In this document: positions 19,261-29,428 of the stretch, in pieces | How positions within the stretch are numbered: the stretch's first letter is position 1 | Layout of the letters: each line of letters begins with the position of its first letter | Origin: Obrimoposthia wandeli | Lineage: Eukaryota | Assembly (NCBI GenBank): GCA_977020255.1 | Contig: CDROCS010005585.1 | Coordinates: forward strand, 62,001-126,000 | Direction: 5' to 3' | DNA length: 64,000 nt | Position numbers and translations under genes: made by a program | The notes under the pieces: generated by a model | Databases searched by the model: none | The model's input: the letters and a program-made list of their open reading frames with translations, nothing else | Told to the model about the DNA's origin: nothing

Positions 19261-20349
19261 TTGGAGAAACCGACTTGTTGCGGAGAGTTGGGAGCCAACT
19301 ATCTCTCTAGAGCGGAGAGAGTGGGAGTGTGACTGGGAGAGGATTAGGACGCGGAATGAGCAGGTAAGGACGCAGAAGCGGTAGGCAGAGAAGAGGGAGC
19401 AGACTGGACCGGGCTGGGTCTTGGGATTCTGCTGAACCAGTCAGAGGTTTAGGTAGACGCATTGCACCAGAGAGCCCGACATGGAGGCTGAGACCAGGGG
19501 GGGCACTCCAGACCCAATGCCATGCGCTTGCATTGATTCCTTGATGAGAGCTGTAGGGTTGTCAATTTCTACAGAGATAGGCTATCCGACCCGCTGCAAA
19601 TCTTGATACGGCACCACCTGGAGAGGTAGGGAGAGCGGCCGAAGAGACTAAAGATGGGAGGCACACGAACTAGGTGGCCGCAAGAGTGGGGAGGACATCA
19701 ACTCTGGGGATCGACTGGACAGCACTGCAATATTTATTTATGTCTACAGGCCTCCGGATACAGAGGTTTAGCTGGAGAAGCCGCTCAGGAGAAGAGCTCA
19801 TTATTAGTGGAGATCGAGAGGGAGAGAAACATGGCTAGCAAACGGATAAAAATTCTTGAGCACTGACTCCGTAAAAGGCTCAGGCAATGTGAGGTCCTGA
19901 TTCGGGAACCTCACAACAATATTCCTCCGGTTGTCCGCAGAGAGTCCCGGGGAGAGAACAAAATGTGGAGACAGAAAGGATGATGTAACTTACGCCGCCT
20001 CCTGTGGCTGCGACGGCGTCTTGCACCACGGATCGGATTCCGGGCATCCTCAAGTGCGAGCTGTGCCAAATTTCCTCCGCTCCGAGCACGCTCCTGAGTG
20101 CCAACCTGGCTCTGACTATCGCGCTTCTTCGCGAAACCAAAATTCCGATACGTCGACTTTCAAATCGGCATATCGCGCCATTCCAAAAAATTCATAGATC
20201 CAAAACAATCTCCAACAATATATTTTCCCCAATAATTCGGATATCCAAAAATATCCAATCGAATATAAAAATTCAAAGAATATTTAATTTAATTAAAAAG
20301 TAAAAATTAAAAAGCAATTTAAAAATTATTTACAAATTGCGCCCTAAAA

Positions 20350-21100
20350 TATGCATTGGACATTGAGTGAGTTCGTGATTTTGCTCACAAGTTAGACATT
20401 TTCTTTGTTTTGACCAATTTGATGTTAATGGTCTTTGGGTATGATATACCCTCTAGTGTCTCTCTTTTTCGACATCACTCTGGACACATCCGCTGCTTTC
20501 CTTAAATAACTCGTCTCCTCTCGTGCATAGTGTTTAAGACTCCCATATCTGCTGGCTCTTTGCTGGTGTGGATGAATCTTCCCCTACTGATAATAGCTCT
20601 TTCCAGCATTAGTTAAATTAGATTTTGTAAAATAACATACTATTTTCCAACTTGCCTTCTTTCCTCATCGCTGTCAATTTCACTATAAAAGTCTCCAGGA
20701 TTTATGAAAATCGTTCCCAATCTCGGATCTCTTCATGCTGTACAGCTTTTGACCTTTCAATTTCATCCACAATGAGGTTATATCTCTTATCTTACCCTCT
20801 TTACCTTCACTCCAGTTTTTCAATGGCTCCTTCATAGGCTCTTCTATGAATCCTAGGTTTTATATTAAACTTAATGACTCGCTTCTTAAAAGGTCCCTTA
20901 ATTATAACAGCTTCTCGCTTTTATCTCCATTGACATTATGAATATAAACGTCAAATATGGCTTTCCAAGCTTCGTTTTCTCTCACATTCCCGTTGAATAT
21001 TAGGATCTATAATTTTTTCATTCTCTAAAGTCAATTGTAATTTTCATTTTATTCCCACCCTTCTGTCACCATTCCATCCAACGATCGAACTCATCTCCAA
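20350..21100 (-). pseudogene. Bel/Pao LTR-retrotransposon gag fragment
   Basis: IFNGNVRENEAWKAIFDVYIH...SEKLL*LRDLLRSESLSLI*NLG/AYEGAIEKLE (DUF1759-like) followed by the CLTCEQNHELTQC Zn knuckle. Confidence 0.75.
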
Positions 21101-21326
21101 TGATCTCTTGACCAACAACTTTCTAATCTCTTCATACTTTATTAATTACTTTTCCAACTCATCCTCAATATCTTAGGCATTTTCTTCTTTCTCGTTTTAA
21201 ACACACAAATTCATTATCTTGGTCATTTTTATCACCGTTTCCATATAACTATCATCATTGGCCCCTCGTCGCTCCCTTAACTTGCTGAATGAGTTTTGAC
21301 AAAAATCTTCATACCACTACTCAATC

Positions 21327-22400
21327 TTAGAACCAAATGAAGTGTTGAAGTGAGATCAGATGTTTTAAAATAAGACTGGGGTCACCCCCACCAACATTAT
21401 TCTCACCAAGAAGGTCTTTAACCAAACCAAAAAGATCTGGATGTTGAGCGGTGATAGTGGCAACGTGAACACGATACGCGAATTCTAGCCGGCCGACATC
21501 TACTTCAAAGGCTGATGAATCGAGTTCTAGTAGATACCGAACTAGGTAATGGCCAAGGTCAGTAAAGCCTCCTTGGTGGTGGGGTGCAGAGTCTCGAGAT
21601 TCGATAGACAAGTCTGCTCGAAGTTCAATCCATCTACGGTGTGCTGGTTGAAATATCTGACCTTGGTTTTATTGTTTAAAAATACATATCTGTGTTTTGT
21701 CTTCAACAACAACTTCAGTAAATTTGACATTCCAGCACTGTTATCACCAAGTATGCACGCCCGAGGGCTCCGGTGACCTTCACATCGATGTTTTGAAAAT
21801 ATATGTGCTTTTTTTTACAGAAGAAAAGCATGTCATTGGTCTCGATCATGGTGCACTTTATCTTTTCATTGATGGGCATAGCCCACGAGTCTTTCTTTTT
21901 GGTGGCTTTCACTATCTCGAAAAACTCCCGACAGATAGTTTTATTTACTGGGTTGGAGAATGGAAATATCGACTTATTCTTATAATGGAAGATACAGTTG
22001 GCAGTATTTAGGAAGCAGCTACTATATGAGATGAATACAACGCACTTCGGATAGTGCTTGATGTATTCTGTCAAAAATGACTTGCGTACATATAATTTCT
22101 TTATTTTTATAAGGGAAACACTTCATCACGGACGACTCATCACCAATCATTTTTCTTCTATCTACTCAAACTGAGTCCATCTATTAGATTCAAATTTCTT
22201 AGTACAAAGCTCTTGAGGAACATCGACTTTCCCTGATACGTTGCGGCCATAGACAGCTAAGCAATTGTTTTCCATTTCTAAATTGCAGTTCTTAAAGAGG
22301 AACTTGTTCAGAATACTAAAATTCATATTGGTTATGTTGACATTTTTTTAACTTTAATTTGTCATAAATTATACGTTTCCACTTTGATGTCAAATTTGAC
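21327..22400 (-). pseudogene. Decayed P-loop NTPase, SF3-helicase-like, tentative
   Basis: NCLAVYGRNVSG/KSMFLKSF (Walker A, 1-nt frameshift), VVRDEVF (Walker B) and VVFISY (motif C, N>Y) in the right order and spacing. Confidence 0.42.
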
Positions 22401-24624
22401 CTTCAGGTTTTCAATAAGCATTTTCGTTTCAGATTCTCTCTTTGCCCTATAATCGCCCCTTTCATAGTAGTATTCATCCATGCTCTTAAAAATTCAGTGG
22501 AAGCGTGCTGGACTCATTTTTCACACTCTGCTTCCATATTGTTGGGTTTCCATTATCCAAAAACAAACTACTGAATCCCATCAATTTTTTCAAATTTTAA
22601 TTCAAATTCTCTAACACCTTTGGCAACAGTAGCCAATCATATTCATAAAATATCCATAACATGATTTAATCATAATTCACATATATTTCATAATATAAGA
22701 ATGTACATAATTATACACACACATAACCTACACACCCCTCTCAATGCCGCCAAGCCACCAACCACAATTACCGCAATCCAGTCAATAACTCCTATAGTAA
22801 GAAGTTATGAAGATATGGGTGAAAGAAACCTAAGTCTAATGTTTAAACATCTGACCTCACGTGAATTAAGGGAATTATGAAAATCTGACATTGACTTCAA
22901 ATTTGATTTGATGACGTTTAAAATTTATTGAAACCATTCTGAAATAAAATCCTGTAAATTAATTTCTGTGGTAAACTTAAATAGACTTCAATCGATGTTT
23001 TACAATACTTATGTTTATGCTTATATAAAAGGTGATATCTAGAATGAAAATGTAAGAGACTTGAGGATGTATCTTAATTATTATTTTTAATACTTAAAGC
23101 TAATTATATGATTCATGTAAGCTTTTCGAACACTAAAATTAAACCTGTTTAGCATTTATAAAATTTATGAACCGTAAACTGAACACAAAATATTTTCATC
23201 TTTAATATGATGTACACAAATAAATCTAATAATTTTTTTTCAAAATTGCTTTCAGAAATACAATTTTATGTCAAAATTAGTCAATAGGTTACTATTTAAT
23301 TACATTCAACAGATATTTATTTTAAATATTTAAAAATTAACTTTTTGAATAAATACATTTTAAATGTAAATATTTTAGATATTCAAACTTTAAATAAATT
23401 TCTTAAAATAAGTTAAAAATTCGTATTAAAAAGCATTCTACTATTTAATAAATATTATTTACGATAGTATTTGTTTTAATATTATTTAAAAATGTATGTC
23501 ATATTTGTAAATGTTTGCCTAACAATAATTTTAATAATAAAATATTTTAAAAAAGTTATAATTATAAACATATGATTAATGTAAATTTATAAATTATTTT
23601 CGTTTGACCGATTTGACATAAATTTTGAACAGTGAAAACTCGACTCCTGATTTTAACCGTCATTGTAGATCCACTACTATATTTATTTGAATTTTTAATT
23701 TTCTTATAAAGATTTATAATTGTACATAAATAATATTTTTGATTTATGTATTAAACTACATGAAATTTAAAACAAGATAAACTAATTTTTTTATTAATAA
23801 AATTTTAACTTTGGAAATTTAATTATTTAAATTTTGTTTTTAATCTCATTTTCAAAGTATTTGCTACTTAAATTCTTTTAAAAGTAAAAAATGTCAAAAA
23901 GATTTTTTTATCTTTTAAATTGTAAAATTTAAGATCGTAAATTAATCTTAAAGAAAATAAGTTTAAATCGAGAACATGTTTTTTTGATATGGCGATTACG
24001 CAATTTACCTAAAATAAGATATAAAGGGAGAAACCAATCTGATTGGACAGCCAATATGCTGTTAGAATCCATGGTTATTCTGAAGTTCTGGGAAGTCCAC
24101 TTTTAAAATTTACAGATAGCTAATTAATCTTTAGTCGGATTACAACATAAAGTGGACTTCCATTTACCTGCCGTTTACTTACAATTATAAACATATTTAA
24201 TTACGGTAATTATTTTTATTTAATATTTTGACAATAAGTACTGAAAACTTTATAAAAAGTATATTTTATTTTAAATTTGTATTGATCAACTATATTAGTA
24301 AAGGTTGAATCTTGAAATGGTTTAATATAATTTTTTAAGGGTAAAATTTGAAATTTTTGATGTTTCTTACATTTAAAAAAAATTACTCTTTAATAATTTA
24401 TAACCTTTGATTTCATGAAACACAAATATATCATTCTAAGGGTATTTATTAGACCAAATATTATCGAATATTGATTTTACTCAAATAAATAAAGTCTATT
24501 TTCATTTATATTTTTAAACTCTCAAAACAAAGAAATTATGAGGGCTTATGAGGGTTACTGTGGAAAATGTATAGCAAAATTAATCAAAATTAAAAAAATA
24601 CAATTTTAACATATCGTTAAACAT

Positions 24625-24806
24625 GTAATCAAATATAAACCTTAATGCAAATGTTTATTATTATACAATATAGATTAAATTTGATTGTTAAAATCAAAAT
24701 AATGTAAGTAAATTTATTTTAAAAAATATTATAGCGCTTTTTCAGACCCTTTAAGTAATTTTATCATTATAATTATTTCAATTGTAAGTAGGTAGAGGTG
24801 TCCGGC
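24625..24806. repeat. Right arm of the ~190-bp imperfect inverted repeat; AGTAGGTAGAGGTGTCCGG terminal motif at 24787
   Basis: Reverse complement of 18054-18242. The motif also matches the copy-1 terminus at 12135-12161. Confidence 0.85.
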
Positions 24807-27655
24807 CTTTCTTTTTTCTTTTAAACACCTGAACTCAACGGATGGACCTAAGTGCTCAAAAAGAGATAATTTTGGTCAATAAATTAAATTTTTTGTTATT
24901 GCTGTAAGTATATTTTAAAGATTATTATTTGACATTTATGTGCATCTAGATAAATTCCTTCTCATTTTATTGTTGGTTCATGCTCCCATTGTTTTTAAAT
25001 GACTCTAGGTAAAATATTTATACACATTACATGTGATTTCGTTTACAATATTTAAAATCATTACAAAATAGAAAAATAATGTTTTAATATAGAAATCTGG
25101 TAAAATTCTGATTTAGATAATTATATATTCCAATGACTGTCATCTAAAGTAAGTGGCGATTGACGTTAACAAAAATAACAGATCACAAAGAGTTTTTGAA
25201 TAATATTTTTTATTTAAGGTTAAAAACACAAATTAATTAAATACAAGAGCTTCCGTTGCATGCAGCAATCTTTCAAAGTCTGTAGAATAAATTATCATTT
25301 TGAATAAACTATTTAGCCCTTGTTGCCTTGCTATTTTTTTCGACTTAAGTTAAATAATTTTTGCCTTGCGACAACACTCACAGAAAGAAGATCTTTATTA
25401 TAGTTACTATGGAGTATCATGAAATGCCTTATCACTAGAAATTGTGCATTTTCAAATAAATTATTTTAATAAGACGCTCTCACTGGACGATAAAAGAGGG
25501 TTAGTCTGATTTTTGTGTATATAAAGAGACATCCGTTCATTATTTTACATAAATCAAAATCAACAATGTCATTCTACAACAACACCACCACCGTCGCAGT
25601 ACATTGACTTACTTAGTATATATTACAAATATATATGACTAGTCAGGATTCGATTGAGTATTGGGAATACTGTACTCCCCGCCAGAACATAGAGGCCACT
25701 CGTCCAGCAACTTCGGCAGTAGCAGCAAGGAGATCCAATCTCTAACAATTTTGAGGCAGCAATCAAACGCCCCTGGATTTTGATCACGCTGTCTCAGCCG
25801 GAGATAGTCCTCGCACCAGACTCAGACGAGGAGCTGTTCAACGATGACGTACCGTTAAATGGGGAGGAGGACTGGACTATTTGTCGACGAATGGATACAG
25901 CCAAGTATTGGAGCTCCAGGGGCCAACGAGTCGATGGTAGCAGAATTAGATGATGACGAGTGGCGCCTATTCACTGACGATGGGGATGGTCTCACTCCAA
26001 CTCCGATAGTCGACAATACGGTGCCTGAACCAGTCAGAAGGCCGCAATCTCCGATACGTGCTGTTAGGAGAATAAAGACAACGAATGTGGTTGAACTTCA
26101 TTTATTTAAAATGTTTTTTTAATTTAATTTTCAAAAACTTCAACTGGATATAGCACCGTCAGTGACCACGGCGGAGAGGCTGATAGAACTACAGTACTTG
26201 GCGAGTCAATGCAGCCAAGAGCTGCCAAAGAGTGAGCTCCGATACCTAGCGTCTCCTGATAATGTTAAGGTAAATTATTTTTTAATTGGAAGAAGGACAA
26301 GTTGGTGAAACAGGCTAACCTACCTGTCATTGAGGTAAATTATTTATATGTTGAAATTTTATTAATGTTTTTTGTTGTTGCAGGAATCCATCCAGATAAT
26401 TGAGCAGACATGGGGAGAAATTACTCCATTCCTAAGAAACGGACGAAGAAAGCAGAGGTGCGTAAAACGAAGCGCTCGAGAAAATGTCGCACCACGAAGC
26501 TCAATTTTTCTGAGGCGGTGATTGGACAGCAGGAGATTCTCCCATATCCAGTGGACGACGGGCCAATTCTGTACGAGAGAATACATGTCTCTCCGATCGA
26601 GATTAGTCCGCCACCGAGTCAACGACGCCTGCAGGAGACATCACCGGCTTCATTGAGTATAAACCAAAATTTGGCCAGGGCTTGGGAGACTGCTTCTTCT
26701 CGTCCAACAACCACCCTGAACTTGAATAGGGCCTGGGATGAAGCTGGATTAGACGAATTGCTAGCGGAACTGGATACTCCGCAACCGGTAATGCTTCCAG
26801 ATACCTTAAATATTTCGCGTGATCATCTATTAAAAATTCTACGAAATATTTGCTGTCCATATCGTGATCATGGTGACCATTGCGCATATAAAAACTGTAT
26901 AAGTCTATCTTATTATTACTTGACATGTAGATAAACAATTCTTCTAAATGGAAAATTCATTATTTACAAAATAAAATTTTCATCCAATTACAAATACAAA
27001 TGAACAATCCTTTTAATTGGAGGAATAAAATATATTAAAAATAATATTATCAACCAATAAGAGATAAACAATCCTTCTTAGTGGAGGAATAAATTCAATA
27101 TTTTCATCCAATAATAAAAGAGCATGTGTGCATAAAATTTTGTATATAAGCAAACACTTTTTTCATTTCAATTCCCGACTATTAGAAATAATGAATATGG
27201 TAAGAAACGTTATTTTTTATTTCTTTATTAATATTTATTTTTTAGAATACGTGTTCCCTGTTTTCAGCCTATTGTGGTGCTTCGGCTCCGCATGGAGGAG
27301 ATTCCTGCATCGAGATAATGTCTGCCTACTATCGGACAAAGTATCAAGGGCGGGTATTCTTCGTCTGCCCCTTCTGCAGAACTATGGAGAAGGAGTTTCG
27401 AGACTTCTTCGGTGAACATCGAGATCACCTATCCTGTTTCACGGCCAACAAGAAGAAGAGGGATATCGTGCAATTGGTGCGCGATTCGCATGTCGCTACA
27501 GCTCCTGCCCCTGATCCAGTTGTAGCCCTTCAACCCGTTTGTGGTCCTGCGATTGGTCCTTTTCTTCAGTCTCTCGATTATGCAGCTGCCTCATCCACTC
27601 AAATGACTAACAATGAGTGAATGAACGACATATCCCCAGAAGATTTTGAGATGTA
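24787..27655 (+). mobile_element. Adintovirus copy 2: internally deleted right end, inverted relative to copy 1
   Basis: 25440-27655 is the reverse complement (about 85% by eye) of 11645-7970 with deletions: promoter, accessory gene exons, exonuclease C-terminus, pol mini-exon/intron (27200-27245) and Zn-finger exon. Confidence 0.88.
26410..26934 (+). CDS. Chimeric ORF (accessory exon 4 fused in frame to the exonuclease C-terminal Cys/His cluster); duplicated in truncated form at 29478-29894
   Basis: ...LDELLAELDTPQPVMLPD|TLNISRDHLLK...CCPYRDHGDHCAYKNC; junction near 26802. Confidence 0.55.
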   Translation: MGRNYSIPKKRTKKAEVRKTKRSRKCRTTKLNFSEAVIGQQEILPYPVDDGPILYERIHVSPIEISPPPSQRRLQETSPASLSINQNLARAWETASSRPTTTLNLNRAWDEAGLDELLAELDTPQPVMLPDTLNISRDHLLKILRNICCPYRDHGDHCAYKNCISLSYYYLTCR

Positions 27656-28229
27656 GCAGCCTCAATGGAAAGGTTGGGTTAACAATGAGCTGAATTGTCG
27701 TTTTATTGAATCTTCATATTTAAATTTTTTGAATATTAACAGGAAGTTGGAAATTGACTTAAATGCACAATCTGAGTTCTTCCATATAAGAATTTTTGTA
27801 ACATTAATTGTTTGCGTCAGTTGATTTTGTATTGTTGCAATAGTTTGCTTTTTTAAATATATTGTTCATCAAATTGATAATCGAATTGAATTATTTAATA
27901 AATTAATATTATTTAATCGAAGTTTCTAAAATTATTGGTAACATTTATAAGCCTTAAAATTCAAACCAAAAATGTCCTCAAGAGCTGCGAAAATAGTCGA
28001 AGATGATATTGGGACGCCTGATCAAGTTTTGAATACTAATAAATCGGGTATGTATTCGAAGAGTTTCATGTGGATATACAAGTATACACAGATCGAAGCA
28101 CATTACGCCTGTGTTCCAACGAATCTTTAGATTACACGTTGAGACTTGTGTTTTTAATCGTGTTATAAATCGTTTATAAATGTAAAGACTGCAACGAAAT
28201 CTTGTCATTTATTGGTATACTAACATGAA

Positions 28230-28640
28230 ATCACTGGCTACGACTAAAATAATGAAGAACTAGTTCTCTCAATGTTTTATTTCTGGCACTGAAGCATTAA
28301 TGAAGAAGAACAATCTCCCATTCATTATTTTATCATTAAAAGACAACACTCCAGGACATCCAATCGATCTATACGATGAAAATATGCAAATTATTCTATT
28401 ACCATCCAATACTACACCACTTATTCGAAGGTTTGATTACGGTATTACTGCTTACCATATAAAACAAACTATTTCGAGAGAAAAAAAATCAGTTATATTC
28501 AAATAACTCGTTGAGAAAAATTCTTAATTTTGGAATATGTAAAAATAACAGAATGTGCGATTTGTGAAATAAAATCATCAACTTTAAATGCTTAATGCAA
28601 AGTTATCTGGCCTGAGGCAGTTTTCGATATAATTGAGATC
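28230..28640 (+). pseudogene. Tigger/pogo DDE transposase fragment (copy at 31190-31600)
   Basis: KNNLPFIILSLKDNTPGHP...IILLPSNTTPLIRRFDYGI matches LDNAPGHP / FLPPNTTSLIQPMDQGI. Confidence 0.8.
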
Positions 28641-29039
28641 CCATCATTACACATGAATTTTCTCTGATTACGAATAGTTGCTGAGTTTGTTTCCAGTGAA
28701 TCCAGCGAAAATGATGACTCTGATAATTTAGCTCCATCATTTAATTTCAGCACAGCAGAAAATGAATTTTTGCGGCTATAGAGCTAGAAAATTAGTCGCT
28801 CGTTAAGGCTGCAGATATGGATCGAAGCAAAAATTTCGGAAAGAAATTACGAAACTCCATAAATCTGATTTTGTATTTGTTTCTCGCATGTATTGTATAC
28901 AGTTTTTAAATAAATATTAGATTTTTACACAAGAAATAAAAACAATAGAGAATATCGGATGATAGTTTGCCGTTGTTTGCCTAGTAATTTTTAGTTGACA
29001 TTTGACTGACCCAAAAGATTTTGCTGACTACATCGTACA

Positions 29040-29428
29040 CTGAACACCATATCTGGAGAATTTTGATAGCTGATACATAATCTTTTTATTTAGGTATTTC
29101 ACCGGACGTTTTATGAATCCTCTAAATAATCGTGGGATGGTAACGTTAATCCCCGCATTGATGGAGCTATAAATACAGTGATTGTGTCTGGAATTTTGAC
29201 ATCCGTGATAACCAATGATCTATCTGATTTTAGTTTCTAATATAGGCTGGTTTCATCGATATGGTAAATGTCAAAGGGTTTATATCTTTAAAGAATGGTC
29301 GGAATCAGTTTTTTTAGGCTCATCAGCCAAAACTTTCGAGCATATAGAATACTATGCATTCACCGATTGATCCAGCAAAGTGATGCACGGGTTGCTGTAA
29401 CTTCTGTTTCTTGAAGCCGCAAGGTCCC
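29040..29428 (-). pseudogene. Second Tigger/pogo fragment (longer copy 32000-32450)
   Basis: YKPFDIYHIDETSLY*KLKSDRSLV matches DIFNADETGLFYK..P.KTL. Confidence 0.65.
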
